A DNA stretch of 64,000 nt from Octopus vulgaris (Eukaryota). Position numbers and translations under genes: made by a program. The stretch spans positions 84,754,001-84,818,000 of the forward strand of contig OX597825.1 in assembly GCA_951406725.2 (NCBI GenBank), in the 5' to 3' direction. Shown here one piece after another: positions 1 through 13,594 of the stretch (its first letter is position 1; each line of letters starts with the position of its first letter). The notes beneath the pieces were generated by a model. It made no database searches. It saw nothing but the letters and a program-made list of their open reading frames with translations, and was not told where the DNA came from.

Positions 1-27
1 TACGCCAATACCGATTGTATATATATG

Positions 28-79
<52 letters not shown>

Positions 80-722
80 CATACATAAATACTCGAATGC
101 ATTCATGCATACGATTCTGTTATATGTATGTCATTCTGGTGGAAAGTCTGAATACAAATTAGAAATTTACTATATACTGTTTTGTAAATATATTTTGTCA
201 TAAATGATAAGGCTAATTACTACTAGATATTTAGAACTAGCAAAACTAATTAACGTACCAAACGTAAAAATGATAAACGAATAATTAAATATTATGCCAG
301 CGTTTCATAGATTCGATCTGTCTGACTCTGCATTGGTATTTTATACTTTCACGAAATTATCGTCTGAAAAAAAAAAGAAAAAGAAAAAGAAAAACGTGGC
401 TGACATAGTTGCTTCACATAGCAACGGACGTAAATACAGGAAATTATCGACTCAGCAAAATCTGTAATTTAATACCGAGCAAAACCTTTGTCTGAAAAGC
501 ATCTGAAAACTTGAGGATGCAAATTAGAGATTATGTAGGCATTGTGCCATAGTTCTATAAAGTGGTCGTATGAATCTGTGTCATCGTTTTGTCTTATGGT
601 TCGGTATTGTATCCCTCTTTGCCTATGGCAGTACCATACAAAAACATATCGAGATGGTAAATTGCAGCTCTAGAATCATAAGATCTCGAATCGGAGGTGA
701 AAAGAAAAGGGTCACACTGGAT

Positions 723-966
723 GAGAGGTTCTCAACTAGCTTTTGCCTTTGGGTCGCTTTGGTTCCTAATTTACGCCACTGGGCCTGCAGAGACATTCAC
801 TGTATATAAAAGAAGTCTTGCTATATTTTTATAATCAATTATGATTAAGAATTGTATAAAAAATGTATTAGAATATTTTGTGTATTGGAGAAGAATGACT
901 GATGTTTAAGAATAAAATCTTGTATGAATCCCTAAGGGTCACGTGAGCCTCAACTGAGAACCACTG
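723..966. mobile_element. hAT (Charlie-like) MITE, decayed
   Basis: Ends GAGAGGTTCTCAAC... and ...CTGAGAACCACTG match the CAGTGGTTCTCAA-type hAT TIR. Flanking 8-mers CACTGGAT / CATTAGGT (5/8 identical) may be a decayed 8-bp TSD. Confidence 0.55.
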
Positions 967-2503
967 CATTAGGTACAAGAGGGTTAATGAAACAAGAACA
1001 ATACAAGATGAAACAGCAAGTATCGTCGGTCATTTGAATTTATGTTGAATGATGAAACGTCCGTGAGTAAGCACCACCCCTTCATGAATTTTCAGGCTCA
1101 ATCCCATGTATCCACTTGTACGCTTTCGAAAGTTAACTTACTCCTATGCATTATAAAATAGTCATTCGTGCACAAGTGGAACGGTTGGTATTTGGTTTGT
1201 GGCTCTAATGTAACTATAAACTCTAAAACCGCTCTCAATATTTTGAAGATATTTTTTGTTAGTAAGGCCGTCCATTGCTGACCTATATTTCAATAGTTTG
1301 CTGCGTTCTGAAGTTATACAAAACGCAAGAAAGATAGGATTAGAACTACTGATAGTTCTACAGCGAGGAAATTACTTAGAACACAGAAACATATTTTAAG
1401 CTGATAAATAAAGAGAAAGCATGGAACGTACAAAATAGAAAATTGAAACCTATGAAGTTAAGGTAATATTGGATTTGCAATAGAAAATACTATGGCTTTG
1501 GACACACGAGATAACACAATATTATTGCATATATGTCTGTGGTTATATGCGTGCAAACGCGTATGCATGGGCATACACACAATCAAGCACACTCGCATAC
1601 ACGCACACACATACAAACACCTATAAGTACATCTGTATGTGAGCGCGCGCGTGTTTGTGTCTGTGTGTGCATGTCTGTGTATACATTTATTTCTATATAT
1701 GGATATACATATGCATATGTATATATATATATAGATAGATAGATAGATAGATAGATAGATGTTGTAGTCAAGTGACATTACAGAGAAAACACATTTCAAC
1801 TAATGCGATGTATGTCTTAGATTTCTATGTACGCATTTAAATTTCAAATGACATCTAGTGCAAATACAAGAAACCCAAGTAGAATGAAATGCAATGCTCT
1901 GTTATCGAATCTCCCGACACTCCAACATTTTTCTATGCTTCTTACCTTGGCATTTTGGGTTGTATATTCATACCTCCTGCAAAAGTAATGATAAGTGATG
2001 CATTATTTTCACTATACGTATAATGCTGTGGAACAATAAAGTTCCTGGTCTGCTTAATAGAACAAAGTTATTTTTACGAGTCAATTTCACTTTGAAAGGC
2101 GATTTTAATGTAGTATATTTATTCTCTCTTTGTCGAAGCCCCTGAGATTCCATCTCAGAGCTCTGGAACGCGGAGGGCAACATTTCTGAATCCACACACT
2201 ATCCCAATTAGAACCCACATTACTTCCAGTTAATTTCACAATATTTCAACAATCTTCCTATTAAGACAAAATTGATAATCTTTTATTGGAGTTGATGCGT
2301 TTTAGTGATTTTGTGTTATCCTTTATAAGTTAATGCCCAGTCGAACTCTAAAAGATTTTCTAGTCATTCTGACTTACGAAGGAGTCGTAGACGTCATTTT
2401 AAACTAATTAGATTCGATATTTTTGACGGGACTTTAGGTACACAGTTAATTACGGCGAGTTGCCAACAAGCAATACTCAGGCTGTTTCCTATTAGTCCTT
2501 TGT

Positions 2504-2870
2504 GGAGAAGCAATGACACAATGGTTGCGGCAGCGGACTCCCGGTTTCGATTCTCAGACCGAGCGTTGTGAGATTGCATTGAGCGAAAACACCAAAAGCT
2601 CCACGATGTTCTGGCAGGGGATTGTGGCGAACTCTGCAGTACTCTTTCACCACAAATTTCTCTCACTCTTTCTTCCTGTTTCTGTTGTACCTGTATTTCA
2701 AAGGGGCCAGCCTTGTCACACACTGTGTCACGCTGAGTCTACCCGAGAACTACGTTAAGGATACACGTGTCTGCGGAGTACTCAACCACTTGCACGTTAA
2801 TTTCACGAGCAGGCTGCACCATTGATCGGATCAACTGGAACCCTCGTCGTCGTAACCGACGGAGTGCCAC
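2504..2870 (+). mobile_element. tRNA-derived SINE, family B
   Basis: tRNA-like head (A box ..GACACAATGGTT.., B box GGTTTCGATTCTC). The 3' half matches the reverse complement of 12631-12790. Confidence 0.65.
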
Positions 2871-3120
2871 GATTAATCCCTTACCATTTTCTTCTGTTAT
2901 TGACAATTTGTCCCGTGTCTTCGCAAAGGAAAACAAAACCTAATCTTTCGAAATATAATCACATACTTGATCCTTTCTCCTCCATCTCTCGTTGCTCATC
3001 AAATATTTATACAGATTTGTTAATATTTTCCCTTAATTATTTGGCATTGTTAATGAATTCTAATTACAGCAAAAACAATAACAACAGCAAACTTAACAAA
3101 ATAAAACAAAAAGTAGTGGT

Positions 3121-3285
3121 AATCCTTTCTACTCTAGACACAATGACTGATATTTGGGGGAGGGGAGGGGTTACAAGGACTCCAGTGCTCCACTGGTATT
3201 CATTTTATCGATCCTGAAAGGATGAACGGGAAAGTCAACTTCGGCGGAATTTCCACTCAACGTAAAGGCGAAAGAAATACCGCTA
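3121..3285 (-). mobile_element. SINE family A (short-tail type), partial, minus strand
   Basis: Reverse complement of the family A core (AAAGGATGAA..GAAAGTCAACTTCGGCGGAATTT) and of the tail TAGAGTAGAAAGGATT. Confidence 0.75.
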
Positions 3286-3682
3286 GGCGAGCTGGCAGTA
3301 TCGTTAGCACGCCGGGCGAAATGCTTAGTGATATTTCGTCTGCCGCTACATTCTGAGTTCAAATTCCGCCGAGGTCGACTTTGCCTTTCATCCTTTCGGG
3401 GTCAATAAATTAAGTACCCGTTACGCACTGGAGTCGATGTAATCGATTTAATCCGTTTGTCTGTCCCTGTTTGTCCTCTCTGTGGATAGTAATGAAATAG
3501 GCATTTTATCTGCCGCTACGTTCTGAGTTCAAATTCCGCCGAGGTCGACTTTGCCTTTCATCATTTCGGGGTCGATAAATTAAGTACCAGTTACGCACTG
3601 GGGTTGCTTTAATCGACTTAATCCGTTTGTCTGTCTTGTCTGTCCCGTCTATGTTTAGCCCCTTGTGGGCAATAAAGAAATA
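3286..3682 (+). mobile_element. SINE family A dimer (tRNA-derived)
   Basis: Head GGCGAGCTGGCAG..CGTTAGCACGCCGGGCGAAATGC, B box GAGTTCAAATTCC, core GAGGTCGACTTTGCCTTTCATCCTTTCGGGGTC..TAAATTAAGTACC and tail ..AAAGAAATA. The core occurs twice. Confidence 0.9.
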
Positions 3683-4361
3683 AGAAGTCCCTTGGTATTT
3701 TGTCTACTGAGCCGCAAAGACTTTTTGAGTCTACGTCCATGGGTAAGGTAGAGTTAAACATCATCATCATCATCCTCATCCTCATAGACGTCATCATCAT
3801 TTTTAACGATAACAACAATAACTTTATCACTATCATCTTCAACAACAAGGTCAACAAGGTTATCAGCATGGAAAAAAAATCAGTCGAGCTATAACGTTAA
3901 GAAATTATAATTAAATGTAAATTATATGATTAAAAAACAAAAAAAGTAATTTTAATTTTATCAGGATTGATTAAAACAATAAAAAAACATAATTCCTTCA
4001 CAACCAACCATCTAAGTAAGGAGAATTGATACACAAGATTGCTTGTTGAGCGCTCTACCGCTTTAAATACGATTATTATGAAAGTGGAAACAATATTTGT
4101 CAACGTTAATGAATAAGATTTCAATAAAGTATGTCTTATCATTAATTTCTTATCAATATATATTTAATTTTGAACAAGTTATTATAACGATTTCTATTGA
4201 TTGTTTACCGTTTTTGTTTCACACAGTCAATGACTCTCTTTCAGGCTGTGAATGATAACATACGAACGAATGAATAAAAAAAGAAAGAAATCATAAATTC
4301 TTTCCTGTCAGTATTTTTTTTCTATTAGAGTTCCAACTATTTTAAATTCTTTTTTGCGTTC

Positions 4362-4390
4362 ATGATGATGATGACGATGATAATGATGAC

Positions 4391-4437
<47 letters not shown>

Positions 4438-4454
4438 TAATAATGATAATGATA

Positions 4455-4521
<67 letters not shown>

Positions 4522-4523
4522 TA

Positions 4524-4560
<37 letters not shown>

Positions 4561-4600
4561 TGATGATGATGATAATGAAAATTATAACAATAATAATAAA

Positions 4601-4633
<33 letters not shown>

Positions 4634-4668
4634 CATCATCATCATCATTATTATTATTATTATTATTA

Positions 4669-4763
<95 letters not shown>
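4362..4763. repeat. Compound (AAT/GAT)n followed by (ATT/ATC)n microsatellite
   Basis: Directly visible; orientation switches at about 4600. Confidence 0.95.
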
Positions 4764-5389
4764 GTATGTATCTTTTTATCATTCCTTGATTATTTCTAAA
4801 CTATTTCGTATGCAAAACCAGGCATGCAATCTATTTTGAAAATAATATGCATAATGGCAAAAACAAAACAAAAAAAAAACGAAACTAAACTAACGCAGAA
4901 TGCTCTCTACGTTTTCTTCATTTTCTCTCTCGTTTTTTTTTTCTAATAATTTTTATCTCTGGATATTCATTTTAGAATATTAAATCAATCTCGAAATTCG
5001 TTTGTTTTGCCCATCTTTATGTGTTTACTTTTATCCGTGTGATGCTTTCAGTTGAAGCTTTTATTCCTTTTTTAAAGTTCGATAAAAATTTATTTACGTT
5101 TTGTCTTCAAACATTTCGAGTATTGACAATAATGATGGCTCACCATAAAGTCCGGGAAAATTTCTAAAGAAGTTTGTATATTTATCAGAGAGTTTTTAAC
5201 TATTTTATAAAGTAATTACTTTCTCTAATAATCTGCTGCTTTATATTTCAATATCCGAAGCTCAATTCCTATATCACACATCTATATCGAATTCTTGCAT
5301 AACATTTTCTAATAGCTTTCGCCTGGGGACAACAAACCTTACATAACTTAACAGCAGATGTGTCTACAATCGATATATAAGTCACTCGA

Positions 5390-5878
5390 AGGTGGCGAGC
5401 TGGCAGAATCGTTAGAATGCCGGGCGAAATGCTTAGCGGTATTTCGTCTGCGTTACGTTCTGAGTTCAAATTCCGCCGAGGTCGACTTTGCCTTTCATCA
5501 TTTCGGGGTCGATAAATTAAGTACCAGTTACGCACTGGGGTCGATGTAATCGACTTAATACCTATGTCTGTCCTTGTTTGTCCCCTCTCTGTTTAGCCTC
5601 TTGTGAGTAATAAAGAAATTGGTATTTCGTTTGTCGTTACGGTCTGCGTTCAAATTCCGCCGAGGTAGACTTTGCCTTTCATCCTTTCGGGGTCGAATCG
5701 TTAGCACGCCGGGCGAAATGCATAGCGGTATTTCGTTTGTCGTTACGTTCTGCGTTCAAATTCCTCCGATGTAGACTTTGCCTTTCATCCTTTCGGGGTC
5801 GATGTAATCGACTTAATCCCTTTGTCTGTCCTTGTTTGTCCCTTCTATGTTTAGCCCCTTGTGGACTATAAAGAAATA
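5390..5878 (+). mobile_element. SINE family A trimer with TSD
   Basis: Three core copies, flanked by ATATAAGTCAC(T/A)CGA at 5375-5389 and 5880-5894. Confidence 0.9.
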
Positions 5879-6606
5879 CATATAAGTCACACGACCTGCT
5901 AGATGTAGCAACAACATCCCTCTAACGCATGCATTGGCGTCTTTAAATTGCAAGTTCACATTGAATATTGTAGATTCCGAGATACAAGTTTTCTAATGGA
6001 AGACGCAACCAGTGCAATACTGTTAATTATGAGCGTGTTTGATGGAAGCTGGCCACCGGTTACCGGCGTCAGTAAATTCTGACCCATGCCTATTGATAGC
6101 TGAATCTTTATTTCTACAAGAACTTATAGCTTTTAGTGAAATTCTAATTCTAATCCCCCTCTGGGTTAAATTGTAGTTTACTCCTCGTGTGTGAAGGTTA
6201 CAAAAGCAAATCAAATACCGGTGTAGATATAATTAACTGTACCCTCCTGAGACTGAGGCTTGACACCAGCTAGAAGTCATGATTATATGGTGTGTAAATT
6301 CCTATGTTTCTTAATACAAAGCCGCATCACATTTTAGAGGAAAATAGATTTATTTGTGGCAGATGGGACACCAGTAGAAATGTATAATTTTCTCTGAAAT
6401 TAACGTCCTTTTATTTCAGAATCACCAATAAATTTCTCTTGGGTTTTGGTTTCCATTTTCAACAAAGAGATTTATTTCAGTTTATTAAAATACATTTGCG
6501 TTCAGCAATATGTACAACATCATTTACTTCCGCCATCCCCAATTTTTATGTCTGCTAAAATTGTAGTTTGCCTTTATCCGACTTAATTACAATAATTTCA
6601 ATAAAT

Positions 6607-6820
6607 GAAGGCAGTGCACTGTCCGAAACGTTAGTACGCCGGGCGAAATACTTGGTGGTATTTCATCTCTCATTATGATCTGAGCTCAAATTCCGCCGAG
6701 GTCGACTTTGCCTTTTATCCTTTCGGGGTTGATAAATTAAGTTCCAGTTGCGTTGCGATTTAATCGACTGGTCCCCTCCCACCAAATTTGGGCCTTGTGC
6801 CTAGATTAGAAAAGAATATC
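6607..6820 (+). mobile_element. SINE family A (short-tail type) with TSD
   Basis: Family A head and core, tail CCTTGTGCCTAGATTAGAAAAGAAT, TSD TTCAATAAAT at 6597-6606 and 6821-6830. Confidence 0.85.
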
Positions 6821-7773
6821 TTCAATAAATATAAAACCTTATTTTCCTTATTTTTTGTTAGAAAGGTAAAGTGAATATCAAACTCGTTATGCGTCTTAAT
6901 GACAGAGACGAGATAACGTAAAACGTAACATGGTGTTACTCGAAGCAGAAATCACAGCAGTCCCGAGGAAACAGCACACCATACTCTTGAAACGGCTGTA
7001 AACATGTAGACTTTAAATTGTTATATATTTTAAAAAGATAGAATCAGAATCAGGTGAGAATTTAGGTTCCGTTGCGTAGGAACATCTTGAATGAAATAAT
7101 GATATTCTAAAAGAGTATAGAACTGACTGGAGGACACTGATCCATGGAGTAACCGAGAGCCGACTTCGACTGAGCGGATAGATAGGGATAGAAAAGAGTA
7201 CAGCAGAATTAGGTGTTTGATATTTAGCACTGATGACTCTCAACTGAAACCTACTACACATATTTAATTATCTTGTCTGGGTAAGGGACCCTATTCCATA
7301 TGTTTCATTCTAGATTCTTCTTTGGAATGTAACAGGAATCGCCATCTTTGTTATACTGACTGAAGGAGACAGTTTTCTTCTTCGAGAGAAAGAGTTTTAT
7401 CCCACTGATCCGATTACCCGTAATAATCTCTTTATAAGTGCTATACAACAGATTACACTTTACGTTTATGAAGGAATCACAAAATTCGTGAAAATATATT
7501 ACGATATTGAGATAATAATTGAAGTGCTTACCAGCTGCAACAAGAATATTACAGGTTCACGCAAAACTGGAATGGAACCACTCGTAAAAGTTGCGTGATG
7601 ATTTTTATTCCTTCTGCTTAAATTGTTTCTTCACACGTCAGCAAACTTGCGCACATGGAAATCTGTCTGCTGGAAAATTTGGTTAATGTTGATACACTAC
7701 TCTAGATGTGAGGTAGCTAGCACCATTACATTTCACCGTTTCTCTAATACTTAGGTTTATTTATTTATTTACT

Positions 7774-7816
<43 letters not shown>

Positions 7817-8276
7817 GTCTTATTCTGCTTATATGGCTTATTCTGCTTGATCGAATTCCGAATCCATGTGTTAACATGGTGGGATAATGGGTCCTCCTAT
7901 TCTTTCTATCAGATCGGAGTTCTCGGTTCATTTTAAAATATTTTCCCTTGTGTCTTTACTCTAAGTATTTCTACTGACATAAATTCTTTTAATATAATAA
8001 CTTGTTTCCTCTTACTGCTACCCACTGTAACTCACAGCCGTCGTCTTCCTTTGATCCGTTAAATTTTCTCTTTTTGAGCTTTTATACGCCCACTTTTTTA
8101 ATTCCTTTTTTGTAGCCTTTTGCTCTATAGGAGCCATCGAGATTTGTTTGAAACAAGAGCAAAATCAGTTAACAAAAATGGTTGGTAAGCTCAAGGAAGC
8201 AAGATAACTAGAGATGAATAATGGAAAATCCTATGTGGAAGTGGTGAACATTTCCTGGCTTTATGGGTGTAGCGAA

Positions 8277-8449
8277 AAGCGTGGCTGGAGGCTCAAATTT
8301 CCGAGTTCTTTAACAGGGCTTAGAAAAACTGAAGGACTGCTGCAATATGGGTGTGGATCTGAAAGGAGAATATGTCGAATAAAATCATTATTAACAGATT
8401 TTCCTGCATTTTCTTTTAACCAAACCAGGGACTTTTCAGCACCCCTTCG
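8277..8449 (+). mobile_element. mariner 3' terminal fragment (transposase C-terminus plus right TIR)
   Basis: Translates with one frameshift to AWLEAQISEFF..GLEKLKDCCNMGVDLKGEYVE*, a typical mariner C-terminus. It is followed by TIR-like GGGACTTTTCAGCACCCCTTCG and TA. Confidence 0.75.
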
Positions 8450-9471
8450 TAAACAGTCGTGCACAAGTAATATAAACTCTCCTGCCAAAAAAAAAAAAAA
8501 GAGGAATTTAAAATTTCAAACAGAATTCTTCATCAACGAGTGATTCAAATATTCCTCATAACATTCAGATTCGCTTCAGTAAAAACATTTTTCCCGAAAC
8601 ATTAATTTCCCGATCTTCATGGTAGTGAAATAGTTTGTGTTTGTAAACAGTTTGAATCACCTCAGGGTATGTATTCATGCCTTAGGTTGTTCGTAACACC
8701 AGGATTCGAACTTATAACCTTGGAGTAAGAAGATCAATCATTAGGCAAGTGAGTGATTAAAAATTAATATTAAGCTCATTGTTATTAGTGCAAGACTCGA
8801 TGCTCTGTGAGGAATATCGTTATTACATCAACTCCTATTCCCAATAATAAGATTTAAAAGCCATTAATTTCCTGACAGCCATTCCATTAGTATCTTTCAG
8901 ATTCTTACACCAAAGTATCACTTCTCAGTCAACACTCGATGCCCTCTTTCTTTTGCTCTCCCTCCATTAATCTCTCCATTCTCATATATAAATGCGTGTG
9001 TAGGTGCATATGTATATGTGTATGTATGTATATATGTGTGTATGTGTATGTGTGTACGTATATATATATATATATATACGCTATATATACACTACATACA
9101 CTATATATATATACATATATATATATAGTGTATGTACGTATGTATACATATATATAGGTATTTATATATATATATGTATATATATATATATGTATAATAT
9201 ATATAGGTATATTTATATTTATATATATATGCATGTATATCTATCTATCTATCTTTACCTCTAACTATCTCACTCTCTCTCCTTTTCATAACTCTGTCCA
9301 TATATACACAAATAATACACACACATATGTATATGTATATACAATACATGACCTGTATACATGCCCACACACGTTCCTATCCAGCTATGATTGGCCAGGC
9401 ATATATACTTCCTTAGACATGTACGTATGTGACATGCGCACACACATAAACACACACACATACACACACAA

Positions 9472-9502
<31 letters not shown>

Positions 9503-9542
9503 CTCAAATGCATAAATTCTAACATGTACACATACATGCATA

Positions 9543-9618
<76 letters not shown>

Positions 9619-9906
9619 GAGGGAGAGAGTGAGAGAGATACATACATACGTACATGCGTACATTCATACAGACAGAAAGACAGACAGGCAGACATAAAGA
9701 AACTGAGAGAGGGAAACAGATTTCGAGCGTGTGAATACGTATATATTTGACTATACGGTGGTCAGCTACGCATTTTCTTAAGTGAATATTCACAATTTCA
9801 CTTCTAATGCGGATAATACATAACACTTATAGGGAGAGCTTTTATGCAACTCTCTCTCTTTCTCTCTCCATCTCTCTATCTCTTGCTTTGTCTTTCAGTT
9901 TGCCTT

Positions 9907-9952
<46 letters not shown>

Positions 9953-10249
9953 CCTTTCAATACCAACAGCGTTGCAGTGGAAAGGTCGGCTGGTTGACTA
10001 TAGTTTGAATGTAGACATATGTGGGTGCCATCTCTACATTCAACCTCTACACCCACACACCCAATCCACATGCATATAAATACATGTAGCATTAATTTAG
10101 TTATGCAGGACGAGAGCTTATGGTTGTCGAGTCATTAGCGACTGTTCTTGCAATTTTCGTGTGTTCATTAAACTCTTTTGATAGAAAGCTGGCCAAGCGT
10201 ACGTCTGATTCAGTTATTCAAAATTATCGCTGTTAAAATGATTATATTT

Positions 10250-10397
10250 ACTTTAAAACCATTCACCATGGTTTTACGCAAGAAACTTTTGTCGAGTTCC
10301 GAGTTGGATAATTCAGAAACTTTGCTATTTTACAAGATCCTTCAATATTAATTACAACAAATTGGTGGTGTATTCCATATGGGTACAAAAGGGTTAA
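10250..10397. mobile_element. TTAA-ended MITE fragment (piggyBac-like terminus)
   Basis: Ends in AAAAGGGTTAA (10387-10397). The other end is not identifiable. Confidence 0.35.
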
Positions 10398-10729
10398 TCA
10401 TATTTACCGTCCTAACCGAGGAAAGGAAGGATGTGGAAAGAAGCATTAATCGGTCTCGACTGCAGTTGATAATTTGTACAATAAACATTTTAACAAACTT
10501 TAAATGAAATGAAGTTTTTAAGGAAGTACTTATGCCATCACTCACTGTTTGACGAACCGCTAGATATTGGACGTGGATGTATTCCTACCGTGGTAGTGGA
10601 AAAATTCCCTGACAGATAGACAAACAATACGCGCACACCAATACGTACATGCTACAGATATACAATTTTGATGGTGATGATGATGATAAATAATAATAAT
10701 AACAACAACAACAACAACAGCAACAAGAA

Positions 10730-10830
10730 CATGATGATGATGATGATGATGATGAAGAAGAAGAAGAAGAAGAAGAAGAAGAAGAAGAAGAAGAAGAAGA
10801 AGAAGAAGAAGAAGAAGAGGAGGAAGAAGA
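10730..10830. repeat. (GAT)n-(GAA)n compound microsatellite
   Basis: Directly visible. Confidence 0.95.
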
Positions 10831-10994
10831 AAATGTGACGCAGGAGTACGGAAATCGAAGATGAGGGAAAAAGGGAACAATAAATAAATGCTCACTGGAC
10901 GTGAATGTTCTCTATACAGCATCATTCATCGAAGCAAAATCATTACAATTTCGACACCTTCCGATACACACACACACGCGTGCGAACACACACA

Positions 10995-11052
<58 letters not shown>

Positions 11053-11969
11053 TGTGTGTGTATAAAGAACGGACTTCAACTTATTTTCCGCCTGCCAAGT
11101 ACCCTCATAAGGCATTTGTAGGTGAGAGGTAATAATAAAAAATAATTTCGCAGCCTGACGTGCAGTAGGACGGACGCTTATAACACGTCGGTGACAAGTA
11201 AATTCGTTAAACACACAAACATACATCCACCTATATATATATCTAAATTTATTTGTATATAGAAAGAAAGAGAGAGAGAGGGGGGGAAGGTGTGTGAGAG
11301 GAAAGTGAAAAAATGATCTAAACATACAATATCAGTTTAAATGAGACAAGTAGTCTCTCCTTATATTCTACCATTTTCCCCCGGAGTCCACCACATCAAG
11401 ATGGTCTCACTGGAAAAGATTGAAGTTTTCAACTTCTTTCTCAACCTTTGTCACGTCCACCAGTCATTCCCTACTCTCACCACACACCACCGCGAACCCT
11501 CAGCTTAGAATTACAACATTAATTTGAGACAATCAACATCAGACACTTAAAAAGAAAAAAAAGAAACCTGCGCTCCTACAAAATAAAATAAAAAAACAAC
11601 TAAACAAATCTCACACCTATTTCTAATTTCTTTGATCTTTCTTTTTTGATTTTGTGCAGCAATTTCTATAAATCCGTCTGATAGAAAATCTATTGATAAA
11701 AGTTCGATACCATCGATTGGAAAAAATGCCACGACATATCGATACGTGATACTATAGATCTACCACAATAAAATGTTAGCGCCGTTTCTTTCATCTTCCC
11801 TTCACTTGTGATCCCTGGCCCTGCAATATATGTTAACTGCTTCATCTAACTTATTTCATTCTCTTCAGATTTCTCTTTGTCTCTCTCTTTCTCTTCCAGT
11901 ATGTCTGTATATTACCCCACCCACTACACACACACACACACAGAAACACACACATACACTCTCTTTGTT

Positions 11970-12001
<32 letters not shown>

Positions 12002-12180
12002 CCACTCTCCTTCTCCTCCTCTCACTCGCTCGCCATCGCTTTCTCTTCCTCTACAATTTTCTGTATCAAATTTCATTTGATCCTCGTATACTAACACAAC
12101 TACACACATTAAGTACAATTACTTTCTGTGAATATTATGTGTTAAGGGCTATAATGTATTCTCCTACACAAACTCATTGT

Positions 12181-12392
12181 ACCACTGGCCATATCCAGCC
12201 AAGATATTCTACCTGATTTAGCTTCAAACTGGCCATATCTGACCTCTCACACTTACCTTTAAATATTATTCTGAAAATATGAAACCACGTAATTGAAATC
12301 TCAAAGCTACAAGGTAATGTATGACTAATTCACATCGATGTCAGTAAATAAGCATTACATTTGACAGAGAAAGTTGAATGCTAAAGGGTTAA
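12181..12392. mobile_element. TTAA-ended MITE (piggyBac-like terminus)
   Basis: Right end TTGAATGCTAAAGGGTTAA is complementary to TTTAGC-TTCAA near 12216. ACTGGCCATATC is duplicated internally (12184, 12228). Confidence 0.5.
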
Positions 12393-12630
12393 TAAACACA
12401 CATTTAATGAGGAGACCGCTACGAGGTTACTAGAAATAGCAGCTGAATTTCTTCCAGATTTCATTCACAAAATAAATTGGTAGATAAAGGCAGATTAGGT
12501 AATGAATTGATAAATATGCATAAATATGGGATGCCGTGGATGGAATGCCTTTCACCCTAGTCCTTATCGATGAAGCCTGATCTGAAGTGAAATGTATCTG
12601 AAAGGATATGTATGTACTTAGGCTCTGCAT

Positions 12631-12882
12631 TGGTTACACTGACGTGTGTTACAGTCGATCCGTTCAACCGAAGGGCCCAGCATGAACTGGTCGAGCACTC
12701 CGCAGACAAACGTACCCATAATGCAGTTCTCAGAGATTCAGCCTGACATAAAATGCGTCACAGCTGGCCCTTTGAATAACAGGTGCAACTCACTTTTACG
12801 AACCGAATGGACTGGAACAAGGACCCAACGCCCGGCGGAAATCGAACTCATGAACTTACTGTCGTGAGCCTAACCACTATCC
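12631..12882 (-). mobile_element. tRNA-derived SINE related to family B
   Basis: Shares ..ACTCCGCAGACA..GTTCTC..TCAGC.TGACA..GCTGGCCCTTTGAA..ACAGGT.CAAC with the reverse complement of 2690-2870. B-box-like GAGTTCGATTTCC on the minus strand. Confidence 0.65.
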
Positions 12883-13020
12883 TACTGGTTTTCATGTATA
12901 TTAGTGTGGAATACTTGGTCTGTACATGTATTGATGTAATTCTTTCAGTCTACATGCAAGGATACTCTCCAGAATGAGACCATTAACAATAAATTTACGT
13001 GAGACATTAACAATAAATAA

Positions 13021-13594
13021 AGCAGCGAGCTCGCAGAAACGTTAGCACGCCGGGCGAAATGCGTAGCCGTATTTCGTCTGCAGTTCAAATTCCGCAGAGG
13101 TCGACATAGCCTTTCATCCTTTCAGGGTCGATTAAATAAGTACCAGTTACGCACTGGGGTCAATATAATCGACTTAATCCGTTTGTCTGTCCTTGTTTAT
13201 CTTCTCTGTGTTTAGCCCCTTGTGGGTAATAAAGAAATAGGTATTTTGTCTGTTCAAATTCCATCGAGGTCAACTTTGCTTTTCATCCTTTTGGGGTCGA
13301 TATATTAAATACCAGTTACGCACTAGAGTCGATGTAATCGACTTAATCTCTTTGTCTGTCCTTGTTTGTCCCGTCTATGTTTAGTCCCTTGTGGCCAACA
13401 AAGATATAAGGAACGTTAGCACGCCGAGCAAAATGCTTAGCGGTATTTCGTCTGTTTTTACATTCTGAGTTCCTCCGATATAGACATTTCCTGTCATCCT
13501 CTCAGGGTCAATAAATTAAGTTGTATAATGGGGTCGATCTAATCGACTGGCCCTCTCCAACAAAATTACTGACCTTGCGCCTAGAGTAGAAAAG
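13021..13594 (+). mobile_element. SINE family A trimer (two long-tail units plus one short-tail unit) with TSD
   Basis: Three core copies, flanked by AATAAATTTA(C/T)GTGAG(A/G)CATTAA at 12988-13010 and 13595-13617. Confidence 0.85.

Noticed and set aside
7230-7256. CTGATGA...GAAAC on the plus strand
   Set aside because: No stem II, no stem III with an NUH triplet and no stem I; a chance match.
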